From: an uncultured SAR86 cluster bacterium
GTDB taxonomy: Bacteria; Pseudomonadota; Gammaproteobacteria; Magnimaribacterales; AG-339-G14
NCBI GenBank assembly: GCA_902553315.1
Contig: CACDKN010000001.1
Coordinates: forward strand, 19,641-83,640
Direction: 5' to 3'
Length of the DNA stretch: 64,000 nt
The position numbers and the translations under genes were made by a program. This document shows positions 38,763 through 49,980 of the stretch, in pieces; position 1 is the first letter of the stretch, and every line of letters starts with the position of its first letter. Below the pieces are notes generated by a model. The model was not told where the DNA came from. It ran no database searches and saw only the letters and a program-made list of their open reading frames with translations.

Positions 38763-40105
38763 AAACTTTCTAGAATCTTTTGATAGATTTGGCCAAAAGA
38801 CCCGTTTGATAAGCAGATTATATGAGTATCGGATACTAATTCTTTAGGTAATATTTTTAGAAGCTCTTCGGTTCCAGAACAAATCGAAAATTTTTCACTT
38901 TTCAAGGCAATTTTTTTGATTTGTTTTTCATTTTTTGAAAATAAAAAGACTTTGTCAGCGCATTCTAAAGATTTGGGTATGACTTCGTCATGATGTCCAG
39001 CAGACATAGTATTGGAACGCATTTCGAGCAGACAAATTATTTTTTGATCTCCTACTTTTTTCCTCAAACCTTCTAATGAGTATTTAATCGACGTTGGATG
39101 ATGGGCAAAATCATCATAAACACTCACAGAATCATTCTGGCCTTTTAATTCCATTCGTCTTGAAACTCCTTTAAAAGACGACAAAGCTTTTGTGATAATT
39201 TCATCATCAATTCCTAAAGACGAGGCAGTGACAAAAGCTGCTAAGGCGTTCCTAAGGTTGTGCTCACCAAATAAATGCCAGCTTATTTTGCCTCTGAGTT
39301 TGCCATCAAAGTAAATTTCAAAATTATCATCACAACTTTCATTCGGTTTGACAGACCAACCCTTTGGTGAAAATTGATAATTGAAAGTTTCTTTTTTGGA
39401 GTAAAGTCCTTGATTGATTAAAGATTCAACATTTTCATCATCCTCAGGAAAGATTACCTTTGCGTTAGAAGGCATCGACCTAATTAAATTATGAAATTGC
39501 TTTTTGATGCTATCCAAATTATCAAAAATATCAGCGTGATCAAATTCTAAATTGTTGATTAATAAGGTTGAGGGTCGATAGTGAACAAACTTTGATCTTT
39601 TATCGAAAAAGGAAGTGTCATATTCGTCAGACTCAACCACAAAAAAATCATTGTTGCCAAGCTTTGCGGAAGTATCAAATCCATTGACTTTCCCAGCAAT
39701 GAGATATCCAGTATCAACTTTGGCATCCATTAAAATTTTAGAGATCATTGCAGATGTAGTAGTCTTCCCATGTGTTCCTGAAACTGAAATGACATGCCTA
39801 TCTTTCAGGATGTATTGGTAGAGAAATTCAGGACCTGAAAGATATTCATTTTTATTATTTAATATTTTTTCCATTAAAGGATTTCCTCTGCTTACGACAT
39901 TTCCAACAATAAATAAGTCAATATTTTTAGAATAATTTTTCGTTTCAAAACCCTGATCAACCTTGATTTCTAATTCCTTAAGGACATTGCTTATGGGGGG
40001 ATAAATATTTTCGTCACATCCAGATACTTTGAAGCCTTTTTGAATTGCAAGTTGGGCTATACCACTCATAAAAGTCCCACAAATTCCTAAAACATAAATA
40101 TTCAT
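38759..40105 (-). CDS. mpl: UDP-N-acetylmuramate:L-alanyl-gamma-D-glutamyl-meso-DAP ligase
   Basis: 448 aa. The N-terminus MNIYVLGICGTFMSGIAQLA closely resembles E. coli Mpl (MRIHILGICGTFMGGLAMLA). Mur ligase P-loop GTHGKTTT. Confidence 0.9.
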   Translation of the reverse strand: MNIYVLGICGTFMSGIAQLAIQKGFKVSGCDENIYPPISNVLKELEIKVDQGFETKNYSKNIDLFIVGNVVSRGNPLMEKILNNKNEYLSGPEFLYQYILKDRHVISVSGTHGKTTTSAMISKILMDAKVDTGYLIAGKVNGFDTSAKLGNNDFFVVESDEYDTSFFDKRSKFVHYRPSTLLINNLEFDHADIFDNLDSIKKQFHNLIRSMPSNAKVIFPEDDENVESLINQGLYSKKETFNYQFSPKGWSVKPNESCDDNFEIYFDGKLRGKISWHLFGEHNLRNALAAFVTASSLGIDDEIITKALSSFKGVSRRMELKGQNDSVSVYDDFAHHPTSIKYSLEGLRKKVGDQKIICLLEMRSNTMSAGHHDEVIPKSLECADKVFLFSKNEKQIKKIALKSEKFSICSGTEELLKILPKELVSDTHIICLSNGSFGQIYQKILESF

Positions 40106-40157
40106 AAATAAATTATATCCTTTTCACAGAAATACTTTTTTCAGTTATATTTGATTG

Positions 40158-41408
40158 ATGGCAGCAAAAAAAAACGCCTTTTATGCCCAATCAGGAGGTG
40201 TCACCTCGGTAATTAATGCATCTGCCTGTGGTGTTATAGAGGCCGCTAATAAATCTTATAAAATTAATAAAGTTTTAGCTGGTAAAAATGGAATTTTAGG
40301 AGCCTTGAATGAGGAACTTATTGACACCTCAAGAGAGTCAAAATCAACCATTGCAAAATTAAAACAAACACCTGGAGGAGCCTTTGGTTCATGCCGTTTT
40401 AAATTGCAAGACCCAATCAAACAAAAAAAAGAATATGAAAGGCTTTTTGAAGTATTTGAAGCACATAACATTGGATTTTTTTTCTACAACGGAGGTGGTG
40501 ACAGCCAAGACACAACTTTCAAGATATCTGAAATGGCAAAAAAACTTAATTTTCCTCTTCAATGCATTGGTATTCCAAAAACAGTAGATAATGACTTACC
40601 CTTTACTGATTGCTCTCCAGGCTTTGGTTCCGTAGCGAAGTACGTTGCTACTTCTACTCTTGAAGCTGGATTGGATGTCAAAAGCATGTCAGAAACCTCC
40701 ACAAAAGTGTTTATTTTGGAAGTTATGGGGCGTCACGCTGGGTGGATTGCTGCCTCGTCTTGTTTGGCTAGCAACGAAATAGAAGATCCACCGCATATCA
40801 TTCTTCTTCCAGAAGTAGCTTTTGAGAAAAATAAATTTAAAGCGGCTGTTAAAAATACTGTAAAGAGATATGGGTACTGTGTCATAGTCGCTTCGGAAGG
40901 AGTAAGAGACAAAAAAGGAAAATTTTTAGCGGATGCCGGTTCTGTTGACGCATTTGGACATAAACAACTAGGGGGAGTAGCGCCTTTTTTAGCTGAAATG
41001 GTTACTAAACTTGGTCTGAAAAATCATTGGGCAGTTGCAGATTATTTGCAACGCTCGGCGAGACATATTGCTTCAAAAACCGATCTTGACCAAGCTTATG
41101 CTGTAGGCAAATATGCTGTCCAATTAGCTTTGGCAGGAAAAACCGGATTGATGCCGACCATCAGAAGAGTAAGCGAAAAACCTTACAAATGGACATTATC
41201 TGAAGTATCTTTGAAAAACGTTGCTAATGTTGAAAAGAAAATGCCAGCTGCATACATTTCAAAAGACGGTTTTAAAATAACCAATGTTGGGAGAAGGTAT
41301 CTCAGGCCTTTGATACAGGGAGAAAGTACAATTAAATATCACCAAGGGATACCTGACATAGCCCGTTTAAAAAATATTCCTGTACAAAAAAAATTAAGAA
41401 GTTTTTAA
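40158..41408 (+). CDS. 6-phosphofructokinase, long (about 415 aa) PfkA-family form; phosphoryl donor (ATP or PPi) uncertain
   Basis: Motifs FYNGGGDSQDT, IGIPKTVDNDL and MGRHAGW. I use the ATG at 40158, one codon inside the TTG at 40155. Confidence 0.85.
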   Translation: MAAKKNAFYAQSGGVTSVINASACGVIEAANKSYKINKVLAGKNGILGALNEELIDTSRESKSTIAKLKQTPGGAFGSCRFKLQDPIKQKKEYERLFEVFEAHNIGFFFYNGGGDSQDTTFKISEMAKKLNFPLQCIGIPKTVDNDLPFTDCSPGFGSVAKYVATSTLEAGLDVKSMSETSTKVFILEVMGRHAGWIAASSCLASNEIEDPPHIILLPEVAFEKNKFKAAVKNTVKRYGYCVIVASEGVRDKKGKFLADAGSVDAFGHKQLGGVAPFLAEMVTKLGLKNHWAVADYLQRSARHIASKTDLDQAYAVGKYAVQLALAGKTGLMPTIRRVSEKPYKWTLSEVSLKNVANVEKKMPAAYISKDGFKITNVGRRYLRPLIQGESTIKYHQGIPDIARLKNIPVQKKLRSF

Positions 41409-41816
41409 AATTTTTTTTACAGCACCTGAAAAATTAAAAACTACTTTGTCTTCACAGAGAATTTGACCCTGGCCAAAAACTAAACTTTTAGTTTCTTTAT
41501 CTATTTTTGGATGAATTTCTAGAAGAGATCCTGTTTTGGCCGGAGCAACAAATTCACCTCTAAAGCTTACTGTTGCAGCGTAATTTTCTTTAGAGTTCAT
41601 TGCCAAAGAACACAAACAATAATCCGCAACACTCATAAGCATTCCACCGTGCGCAACACCTGCCGAATTACTATTTTCTGAGCGAATCCAAAAAGCCATT
41701 ACTAAGCTTCCATTATCATTTCTTTTATAGAAACCTTGCCCAATGTGAGCAATATGGTTCTCTGTTTGATCTATAATTTTAAAGCCTTCAGGAACTGGAA
41801 AATTGTCCTTTATCAT
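41394..41816 (-). CDS. PaaI-family hot-dog fold thioesterase
   Basis: 140 aa with the motif GVAHGGMLMSVAD. Its 3' end overlaps the convergent pfk 3' end by 15 nt. Confidence 0.8.
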   Translation of the reverse strand: MIKDNFPVPEGFKIIDQTENHIAHIGQGFYKRNDNGSLVMAFWIRSENSNSAGVAHGGMLMSVADYCLCSLAMNSKENYAATVSFRGEFVAPAKTGSLLEIHPKIDKETKSLVFGQGQILCEDKVVFNFSGAVKKILKTS

Positions 41817-41859
41817 GATGATGATTTTACCCTAATGTGTATAATTAACTTCCTAAATT

Positions 41860-43026
41860 ATGGATTTTAAACTAACTTCAGATCAGCAAGAGTTACAAAA
41901 GGTTGCACGAGATTTTGCAAATAAAGAGCTTGTATCTTTAGCAGATGAGATGGAAGAATCCTGTAATCCTGTTCCCAAAGAAGTATTAATGAAAATTGGA
42001 GAATTAGGTTTTCTTGGAATTAATGCGCCAACAGAATATGGAGGTCAAGGTCTATCCAATCTTGACGCCATAATTATTTTAGAAGAATTTGGAAAGATTT
42101 CGTCCGCAGTCGGCTGGCCAGTGTTTGAAGCTAATGCGGGTCCAGTTAAAGTTATAGAGCACTTTGGCACCGAAGCTTTAAAGAAAAGAATAATTCCAAA
42201 GGTATGTAGTGGAAAAAAAGTTGTTGCCGTGAGCATGTCGGAACCAGGAGCAGGGACAGGCTTAACAGATCTTAAAACTAAAGCGGAAATTAAAGGCGAT
42301 AAAATTATCATCAATGGCAATAAAAGGTGGTGTTCAGGAGCTGGTCACTCAGACGGATATGTTGTTTATGCAAAAATGTCAGATGCTCCCGCCGCTAAAG
42401 GAATAGGTGCTGTATTTGTTGACCTAGATACCCCTGGATTAACTTTTGGAAATAGTGAGCGATTAATGGGTTGGCGAGGAATTCCATCCGCTGATATTTA
42501 TTTCGATAACGTAGAGGTTCCCTTAGAAAACTTATTGGTTGAGCCTGAAGATGGTTTTAAAAAACTTATGGAGACCTTTGATTTGGAAAGGTGTGGTAAC
42601 GCAACTATGGCGCTTGCTCAAGCATCCTCGGCATTAGATTATGTGAAACAATACGTCCAAGAACGTGAACAGTTTGGTAAACCTATTGTAGATTTTCAAG
42701 CGGTTCAAATTAAGTTGGCAGACATGCTAATGAAAGTTGAAGCTTCTAGGCTCTTAATTCACAGAGCAGTCTTCAATGCAGCCAATGGTCTTCCAGACAT
42801 ATTAGAATCTAGTAGTGCAAAATGTTTTGCAAACGAAATTGCCAGAGAAGTCACTACAACCGCTATGCAACTTATGGGTGGGTATGGTTTCAATAAGGAA
42901 TATGGAATGGAGAGAAAAGTTCGTGATGCATTTGGTTGGGGTATTGCGGGGGGAACAATCGATGTTCAAAAGGTAAATATTGCTTCTGCGATGATAGGCA
43001 GACGATTTAATCAAAGAGCTAAATAA
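41860..43026 (+). CDS. acyl-CoA dehydrogenase
   Basis: 388 aa. ACAD motifs AVSMSEPGAGTGL, GNKRWCSGAG and QLMGGYGF, with a typical three-domain length. Confidence 0.92.
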   Translation: MDFKLTSDQQELQKVARDFANKELVSLADEMEESCNPVPKEVLMKIGELGFLGINAPTEYGGQGLSNLDAIIILEEFGKISSAVGWPVFEANAGPVKVIEHFGTEALKKRIIPKVCSGKKVVAVSMSEPGAGTGLTDLKTKAEIKGDKIIINGNKRWCSGAGHSDGYVVYAKMSDAPAAKGIGAVFVDLDTPGLTFGNSERLMGWRGIPSADIYFDNVEVPLENLLVEPEDGFKKLMETFDLERCGNATMALAQASSALDYVKQYVQEREQFGKPIVDFQAVQIKLADMLMKVEASRLLIHRAVFNAANGLPDILESSSAKCFANEIAREVTTTAMQLMGGYGFNKEYGMERKVRDAFGWGIAGGTIDVQKVNIASAMIGRRFNQRAK

Positions 43027-43507
43027 CTCTTATTTCTCTGATAATTTCATCCATTTTCTCAATAAAAATTTTTTTATCGTCATCTGTTAAAAATTCTCCG
43101 ACTGGAACTCTTTGTCCCTTAGATGAAATCACTATGTGTACTGGATACCAAGGATGTTTAGCCCTTTCTACAAAAACATAAGCCCATTCTCTAATAAATT
43201 CTATTGAAGTTTCAGGTCTAAATTTTCCTTTTTCTATAATTAATTTTTCTGGAGAAATAGTAATTATCTCCTGCTTGTTTGTTTTTTGGTAAACGTAATA
43301 AGACGCTAGCAAAACTATCAAAATTTCGAGGCCAGCAAAGGGCAGAATAATTGGTGCTCCAACGTATAAAAAACCAAAAGCAATAATTAGTATGGGAGTC
43401 GAAATCAACAATAGAAAAATTAAATTTCCCCTCCAAGAAATCGAACGATTTGGCTTTAAAGTTAATCTAAATGTATTATTGGCTTCGAGACGATCTGCAG
43501 TAACCAT
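43019..43507 (-). CDS. DUF2244-like integral membrane protein
   Basis: 162 aa. LKPNRSISWRG is followed by two TM helices and a soluble C-terminal domain, a pattern I associate with DUF2244. It overlaps the convergent ACAD 3' end by 8 nt. Confidence 0.45.
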   Translation of the reverse strand: MVTADRLEANNTFRLTLKPNRSISWRGNLIFLLLISTPILIIAFGFLYVGAPIILPFAGLEILIVLLASYYVYQKTNKQEIITISPEKLIIEKGKFRPETSIEFIREWAYVFVERAKHPWYPVHIVISSKGQRVPVGEFLTDDDKKIFIEKMDEIIREIRVI

Positions 43508-43552
43508 AATTAATTGTTATATTAAACCAAAATTTTTTATTTAAATTTCTAG

Positions 43553-44752
43553 ATGACAAAGAAAAAAATTAATTCTATTGATAGAACTGCCCTTACTCCA
43601 AATTATGCACCCGCATGGTTCACTCCAATCAAGGGGAAAAAGTCAATTTTATGGGATGAAGAAGGTAATGACTATGTAGATTTCGGTGGCGGAATTGCTG
43701 TGACTTGCCTGGGCCATTCTCATCCAGAGCTTATAAAAGTTTTAAAGGATCAGTCCACCAAACTTTGGCATGTAAGTAATTATTTGTATAACGAACCAGC
43801 CCTAGAGCTAAGTAGTCTATTGGCTAAAAAAACCTTTGCCGACAAAGTATTTTTTTCAAATTCTGGAAACGAGGCGAACGAAGCAGCTATAAAGCTTGCA
43901 AGAAGATATTTTTATGACAAGGGTAAACCTGAAAAATATGATGTTGTCGTCTTTACAGATGCTTTCCACGGACGGTCTATGTTGAACATAAGTGCGGGTG
44001 ATTCTAAACCTCAAAAAACTGGATTTGGTCCGCTTCTCAAAGGATTCAAAAGAGCTAAGTTTAATGATCTTAAATCAGTAGAAAAAGTTATCACCAAGAA
44101 CACAGCAGCTATTTTTGTGGAACCCATTTTGGGAGAGTCGGGCATTATTAGAGCCTCAAATCCGTTTCTAATGGGATTAAGAAAATTGGCGGACAAAAAT
44201 AACATTTTGCTTATTTTTGATGAAGTGCAAAGTGGTATCGGTAGAACTGGAACTTTGATGGCTTATATGGGTTACGGAGTTGTCCCAGACATATCAACTT
44301 TAGCTAAAGGTCTTGGTGGAGGAATTCCGATTGGTGCAACTCTAGCAAAAAATCATATTGCAAAGGCCTTTCAACCTGGAACTCATGGTAGTACCTTCGG
44401 AGGAAATCCATTGGCATGCATTGTCGCTAAAAAGGTAATTGAAATAATTTCTTCACGGAAAGTTTTATCTGGAGTGATGAAAAAAACAATATCTTTTACT
44501 AAAAAATTAAATCTTCTTTCTGAAAAATATGACATTTTTTCTGATATTAGATCTGCGGGACTTTGGATTGGTTGTGATTTTAAAAAAGTAAAGTCATCTG
44601 ATTTTATTCAAGCTGCATATAATGAAGGATTAATTGTTGTCCAAGCTGCTGGAGAAAAAACTATCCGCCTCGCTCCTTCTTTAATAATATCTGACAAAGA
44701 AATAAATGAAGGCTTCAAGAGATTCGAAAAAGCATATAAAAATATCATTTAA
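43553..44752 (+). CDS. argD: acetylornithine / succinylornithine aminotransferase (class III PLP)
   Basis: 399 aa. Motifs GGGIAVTCLGHSHP, FSNSGNEANEAAIKLAR, DEVQSGIGRTG and THGSTFGGNP. Confidence 0.88.
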   Translation: MTKKKINSIDRTALTPNYAPAWFTPIKGKKSILWDEEGNDYVDFGGGIAVTCLGHSHPELIKVLKDQSTKLWHVSNYLYNEPALELSSLLAKKTFADKVFFSNSGNEANEAAIKLARRYFYDKGKPEKYDVVVFTDAFHGRSMLNISAGDSKPQKTGFGPLLKGFKRAKFNDLKSVEKVITKNTAAIFVEPILGESGIIRASNPFLMGLRKLADKNNILLIFDEVQSGIGRTGTLMAYMGYGVVPDISTLAKGLGGGIPIGATLAKNHIAKAFQPGTHGSTFGGNPLACIVAKKVIEIISSRKVLSGVMKKTISFTKKLNLLSEKYDIFSDIRSAGLWIGCDFKKVKSSDFIQAAYNEGLIVVQAAGEKTIRLAPSLIISDKEINEGFKRFEKAYKNII

Positions 44753-44770
44753 GAAAAACCTACTTTGCAT

Positions 44771-44791
44771 TCTTGTCTTGGCAAGATTTTT
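44771..44791 (+). terminator. weak candidate intrinsic terminator after argD
   Basis: tcttg (44771-44775) pairs with caaga (44782-44786) around a 6-nt loop, followed by ttttt (44787-44791). The stem is short and AT-rich. Confidence 0.3.
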
Positions 44792-44810
44792 ACTTATCAT
44801 ATGAGTAACG

Positions 44811-45857
44811 ATGGTTAAATTTTTAAAAATTTTAATTTTATCTACGTTAATTTTTTCGTGTGCTGGTCCTGCTACTCAGAGACTAAACATTGACAACGAT
44901 GCTTTGGATACTGAAACAAAACTTCAACAAACATTAGCGCTTCAAAAAATTAAAGAAAGATACGAACGTTTGCAACGAGTAGGCTATCCAATTCTTAAGA
45001 ACTCGAGTGACCTTTGCGATAATACTGTCAACTCCATCGGGGTAATGTTCAATGCTTACGTTGCTACAGATAAATATTCTGAAATTGAAAAAGAAGTATA
45101 TGGAATTGATGAAAAAGGAATAAAAGTCACATACGTTATTCCAAGTTCAGCTGCTTTTAAAAGTGGACTAAGAAAAAACGATGAAATCTTAAAAATTAAC
45201 AACTTAGAGGTTTCATCAGATAGAGAGAAATTTCACAAAGGCTTAGAAAAATTTAGAAATAAATCAGAGACCCTAAAGGTAGAGTTTTTGAGAGATGGAG
45301 TATCAAAATCAGTATCCTTTGATCCTGATTTGATTTGTAACTACCCTATTTTGTTGGTTCAAAACGACTCTGTTAACGCTTTCGCTAACGGAAGCCAAAT
45401 TGGCATCACGACAGGAATGATAAGGTTTGCTCAAAGAGATGAAGACCTTGGATTGGTTATAGCACATGAACTGGGTCATAACATGATGGGCCACATCTCT
45501 AAATTAAGAACTAATTCTCTTCTTGGAACGATTGTTGATTTAGCTGCCGCTTACTATGGAGTAAATACCCAAGGCGTTTTTGGTCAGACTGGAGCAAGAA
45601 TGTATTCTCAAGAATTTGAAGCAGAAGCGGACTATGTTGGAATTTATTATTTGGAAAGAGCTGGATACTCAACGGAAAATGTCGCAAATTTTTGGCGAGA
45701 TATGGCAGTGGAACATCCAGGGAGTATCAATCAAAGCCACACTTCCACTCATCCTGCTACTCCTGAAAGATTTTTAGAAATTAATGCTGCTATTAAAGAA
45801 ATTGAAGAAAAGAAAAAGTCTAATCAGCAATTAATTCCGAACACAGTTGCTGATTAG
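44811..45857 (+). CDS. M48-family zinc metallopeptidase lipoprotein with PDZ domain
   Basis: 348 aa. It has a lipobox (LIFSCAG) and a PDZ-like segment (GIKVTYVIPSSAAFKSGLRKNDEILKINN). The zinc site is HELGHNMMGH with a downstream EAEADYVG. Confidence 0.8.
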   Translation: MVKFLKILILSTLIFSCAGPATQRLNIDNDALDTETKLQQTLALQKIKERYERLQRVGYPILKNSSDLCDNTVNSIGVMFNAYVATDKYSEIEKEVYGIDEKGIKVTYVIPSSAAFKSGLRKNDEILKINNLEVSSDREKFHKGLEKFRNKSETLKVEFLRDGVSKSVSFDPDLICNYPILLVQNDSVNAFANGSQIGITTGMIRFAQRDEDLGLVIAHELGHNMMGHISKLRTNSLLGTIVDLAAAYYGVNTQGVFGQTGARMYSQEFEAEADYVGIYYLERAGYSTENVANFWRDMAVEHPGSINQSHTSTHPATPERFLEINAAIKEIEEKKKSNQQLIPNTVAD

Positions 45858-45858
45858 T

Positions 45859-48090
45859 TTATTCTTCAACAATTACTTCTACTGCATCTACTCTTCTGTA
45901 CCCTTTGCGGAGAAAACTTCCCTTTCTACCCCTAGTGCCGACAAAATTTTCTAAATCTTTGGATTTTATTGTGTAATTTTGTTTTCCACTGTAAATTTTA
46001 AGACTGCTTCCTTTGACTAGAGACTTCAGAAAAATTAATTTGTTTTCTTTTGCTTCGAATTGTTTTTTATCAATGTTGATAATTTTATTTCCTTTCCCTT
46101 TTGAGAGAATCGGCAAATCCGAAGATTCAATTAATAGCATTTTTCCTTCCTCTGTAATTGCAGCCAAGTAAGAGTCATTTATTTTAATCACCTTTTCAGG
46201 TCCTAATGGAATAGCTCCTTTGGTGTTGAGTGCAGTTTTGCCTGACTTATTTTTTGTTTGTAGTTCAGCTATTTTTGCAATAAAACCATATCCACTGGTC
46301 GACGCCAACAAACAATAGTCGTCATCGGTCCCTGCAACAACGCCCGCAAAGGTTGAGCCCGATTGAGAATTTATACTGCCCGATACCGGATCGCCTTGAC
46401 CTCTAGCAGAAGGTAACTTATGAATAGGTAAAGTAAAAGCCTTTCCAAAACTATCAATGATTACTGCGTTTTGACTATTTCTAGCCGTTGAAGAGGAGAG
46501 ATATTCGTCTCCCTCTCTATACTGCAGGCTTTGAGGATCAATGTCGTGTCCTTTAGCAGCTCTAATCCAACCTCTCTTTGAAAGTACTACAGTCATTGGA
46601 TCATTAGAGATAAGGTCTTTTTCATCAAATGCTTTTGCTTCTTCAACTTCGACAATATTGCTGTTTCTTTCATCTCCAAATTCCTCAAGATCCTCATTCA
46701 GCTCTTTTTTAATTAGTGTTTTTAATCTACTAGATGAGTTGAGAATTTTTTCAATATCTTTGGCTTCAGAGGCAAGCAATTTTTTTTCTTCCAGAATGGC
46801 CTCCTCTTCTAATTTAGCTAATTGCCTTAAACGTATGTCCAGAATTGCGTTTGCTTGTAATTCGGATAACTTAAATTTTTTCATTAAAGATTTTTTGGGA
46901 TCGTCATAGGTTCTTATAATTTTTATTACTTCATCAAGATTTAAATAAGCTTTAAGCAACCCTTCTAGAATGTGCAATCGATCGTTTACCCAATCCAAAC
47001 GATGTTGCAGTCTTCTTTTTACTGTCTCGGTTCTAAACTTTATCCATTCTTTGAGAATATCTTTTAAATCAAATACTCTAGGCTTGCCGTTTAAACCGAT
47101 GGCATTAAAATTTACCCGAACATTTTTTTGTAATTCTGTAGTTGCAAATAGATGGCTCATCAATGCATCCTTATCTATTCTGTTAGATCTAGGGACAACA
47201 ATTAATCTCACAGGATTATTTTCATCACTTTCATCTCTTAGATCTTCAATCATACTAATTTTTTTAGATTCGATTTGAGATGCGACTTGTTCAAGGATTT
47301 TTGAGGATGAGACTTGATAAGGCAAAGAGCTAATGACGATTTCTCCATTTTCGAAGTCATAAGTGGCTCTTAGCTTTATAGATCCTCTTCCAGTTGTATA
47401 AATTTCCTCAATCTCCTCAGGAGTTGAAATTATTTTTGCCTGGGTGGGAAAATCCGGGCTAGGGATATATCTCATCAATTCTTTAATCGACATTTTTGGA
47501 CTTTCCAAAAGTGCAATTGTAGCTTTTACAACATCGGTGAGATTATGAGGCGGTATATCCGTGGCCATCCCAACTGCAATGCCAGATGCTCCATTCAAAA
47601 GTACATTCGGTAATCTCGCAGGCAAAAATTTTGGTTCGATCAAAGTTCCATCAAAATTGGGCATCCAGTCAACTGTACCTTGTGATATTTCAGTTAAAAG
47701 ATTCTGTGAATAAGCTGATAGTCTGCATTCTGTATATCGCATGGCTGCAAAACTTTTTGGGTCATCCAAAGATCCAAAATTACCTTGTCCTTCTATTAAT
47801 GGGTATCTAGTAGAAAAATTTTGAGCCATCAGAACCATTGCTTCGTAAGCTGCACTGTCGCCATGAGGATGAAATTTTCCGATAACATCACCTACAGTCC
47901 TAGCGCTTTTTTTGAATTTAGCCGAAGATTTAAGACCCAATTCAGACATGGCATATATAATTCTTCGTTGAACCGGTTTTAATCCATCTCCTACAAAAGG
48001 TAAAGCTCGGTCTAGAATTACATACATGGAGTATTCCAAATATGCTTTTTCTGCGTAACCTCCAATCGGTAGGCTTTCTTCTTTACTCAT
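45859..48090 (-). CDS. parC: DNA topoisomerase IV subunit A
   Basis: 743 aa. The N-terminus [38 protein letters not shown] matches E. coli ParC rather than GyrA. The active-site Tyr lies in AAMRYTE. I saw no GyrA box. It overlaps parE by 8 nt. Confidence 0.93.
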   Translation of the reverse strand: MSKEESLPIGGYAEKAYLEYSMYVILDRALPFVGDGLKPVQRRIIYAMSELGLKSSAKFKKSARTVGDVIGKFHPHGDSAAYEAMVLMAQNFSTRYPLIEGQGNFGSLDDPKSFAAMRYTECRLSAYSQNLLTEISQGTVDWMPNFDGTLIEPKFLPARLPNVLLNGASGIAVGMATDIPPHNLTDVVKATIALLESPKMSIKELMRYIPSPDFPTQAKIISTPEEIEEIYTTGRGSIKLRATYDFENGEIVISSLPYQVSSSKILEQVASQIESKKISMIEDLRDESDENNPVRLIVVPRSNRIDKDALMSHLFATTELQKNVRVNFNAIGLNGKPRVFDLKDILKEWIKFRTETVKRRLQHRLDWVNDRLHILEGLLKAYLNLDEVIKIIRTYDDPKKSLMKKFKLSELQANAILDIRLRQLAKLEEEAILEEKKLLASEAKDIEKILNSSSRLKTLIKKELNEDLEEFGDERNSNIVEVEEAKAFDEKDLISNDPMTVVLSKRGWIRAAKGHDIDPQSLQYREGDEYLSSSTARNSQNAVIIDSFGKAFTLPIHKLPSARGQGDPVSGSINSQSGSTFAGVVAGTDDDYCLLASTSGYGFIAKIAELQTKNKSGKTALNTKGAIPLGPEKVIKINDSYLAAITEEGKMLLIESSDLPILSKGKGNKIINIDKKQFEAKENKLIFLKSLVKGSSLKIYSGKQNYTIKSKDLENFVGTRGRKGSFLRKGYRRVDAVEVIVEE

Positions 48091-49978
48091 TCAAGTTAGC
48101 TAAGTCTCCTTTGGTTTCTAGCCAATGTTTTCTATCTCCAGCTCTTTTTTTAGACAACAACATATCCATTAAAGAGGTAGAAGTATTTCCTTTTTCTAAA
48201 GTAAGTTTCAGAAGTCTTCTCCCTTCGATTTCCATAGTCGTCTCTCGAAGCTGACTTGGATTCATTTCTCCCAAACCTTTGAATCTTTGTATTTCTATTT
48301 TTTTTTGTTTATTTTTTGATTGCAGATCTTTAACGATTTTGTCTTTTTCATCTTCATCTAAAGCGTAGAAAACTTCTTTGCCTTGATCTATTCTAAATAA
48401 AGGAGGTTGAGCAATGAAGACATGGCCTGCTTCTACCAAAGGTCTAAAATGTTTTAAAAATAACGCACATATTAAAGTGGCAATGTGAGCTCCATCAGTA
48501 TCCGCGTCGGCAAGAATGCAGATCTTTCCATATCTCAAATTATCTAAAGTTTTACATCCTGGATCTAAACCTAAGGCCATGGCTATATCTTTAACTTCTT
48601 GAGATTGAGTTACGGCATCGGTGTCCACTTCCCAAGTGTTTAATATTTTTCCCTTCAGAGACATAACAGCTTGAAACTGTCTATTTCTTGCCTGTTTAGC
48701 TGAGCCTCCCGCCGACTCTCCCTCCACTAAAAATAGTTCTGTTTCAGATATTTCTCCAGAAACACAATCAGACAATTTTCCCGGCAATGTAATGCCTTTG
48801 GTGATCTTTTTTCTTTCGACTTTTTGATTAGCTTTAACTCGTGCCTGAGCATTTTCAATTGAAATAAAGGCTATTTCCTCTGCAGCTTCAGTGTGTTGAT
48901 TCAACCAAATGGCTAAACTATCTTTTGAAATCGAAGAAGCAATGTTTTGAAATTCTTTCGAAGACAATTTCTCTTTGGTTTGGCCACTAAATTGAGGATC
49001 TTTGAGCTTGGCAGACAATACAAAGTTACAATTTTTCCAGACATCGTCTGATGTGATTTTTACTCCTCTAGGAATTAATTTTCTATAGTCACAAAATTCT
49101 TTTAAAGCTTCTGTCATTCCACTTTTCATTCCAGAGACATGAGTTCCTCCTTGCGAAGTTGGAATTAGGTTCACATAGCTTTCTGAGATTTTTTCTTTAT
49201 CGCCTCTCTCCCACATTAATGCCCAAGATAAACCTGATTCTTCGTTTTGATGTTCGCCAATAATGGGTTTTTCTGGGACGAATAAACCGTCTCCTAATTC
49301 GTTTATTAAATAGTCTCCTAGACCATCTACGTAACACCATTCTTCTTTGGTTTTAGAAATTTCATCTTTGTATTTTATTGTAAGACCTGAACATAAAACC
49401 GCTTTCGCTCTCAAAGCATTGGAAAGTTGTTTAGAAGAAATTTTTTCAGTGTCAAAAAAAACAGGATCGGGTTTGAAAAAGATCTTTGTACCAGTATTGC
49501 GTTGTCCCACTGCATCAATTTTTTTTAAGTCTTTTTTCTTTAAACTATCTGCAAATTCTATTGCAAATTTTGAACCGTCTCTTTTTATTTCTGCTTTTAA
49601 TTGAGTAGATAAAGCGTTCACAACTGAGACTCCAACTCCATGGAGGCCTCCCGAAAAAGTGTATTCTTTATTAGAAAATTTAGCTCCAGCATGTAGTCTT
49701 GAAAAGATTAGTTCGACGCCTGGTACTTTTTCTTCAGGATGCATGTCAACTGGCATACCTCTTCCATCGTCTTCTACCGTAATGGAATTATCTTTATTTA
49801 GACAAACTGATATTTCCTTTGCATGACCAGCTATTGCTTCATCAACGCTGTTGTCTACAACTTCCATAACAAGGTGATTCGGACTGGTGGTGTCGGTATA
49901 CATACCAGGTCTTTTTCTAACGGGCTCAAGACCCGATAAGACCTCAATTGACTCAGCGGTATATTTTGAGTTGGCCAA
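48083..49978 (-). CDS. parE: DNA topoisomerase IV subunit B
   Basis: 631 aa, which is ParE length and lacks the insertion found in gammaproteobacterial GyrB. It has GHKL ATPase motifs ([22 protein letters not shown]), a Toprim domain ([18 protein letters not shown]) and the PLKGK-type motif (SLKGKILN). Confidence 0.93.
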   Translation of the reverse strand: MANSKYTAESIEVLSGLEPVRKRPGMYTDTTSPNHLVMEVVDNSVDEAIAGHAKEISVCLNKDNSITVEDDGRGMPVDMHPEEKVPGVELIFSRLHAGAKFSNKEYTFSGGLHGVGVSVVNALSTQLKAEIKRDGSKFAIEFADSLKKKDLKKIDAVGQRNTGTKIFFKPDPVFFDTEKISSKQLSNALRAKAVLCSGLTIKYKDEISKTKEEWCYVDGLGDYLINELGDGLFVPEKPIIGEHQNEESGLSWALMWERGDKEKISESYVNLIPTSQGGTHVSGMKSGMTEALKEFCDYRKLIPRGVKITSDDVWKNCNFVLSAKLKDPQFSGQTKEKLSSKEFQNIASSISKDSLAIWLNQHTEAAEEIAFISIENAQARVKANQKVERKKITKGITLPGKLSDCVSGEISETELFLVEGESAGGSAKQARNRQFQAVMSLKGKILNTWEVDTDAVTQSQEVKDIAMALGLDPGCKTLDNLRYGKICILADADTDGAHIATLICALFLKHFRPLVEAGHVFIAQPPLFRIDQGKEVFYALDEDEKDKIVKDLQSKNKQKKIEIQRFKGLGEMNPSQLRETTMEIEGRRLLKLTLEKGNTSTSLMDMLLSKKRAGDRKHWLETKGDLANLNE

Positions 49979-49980
49979 AA

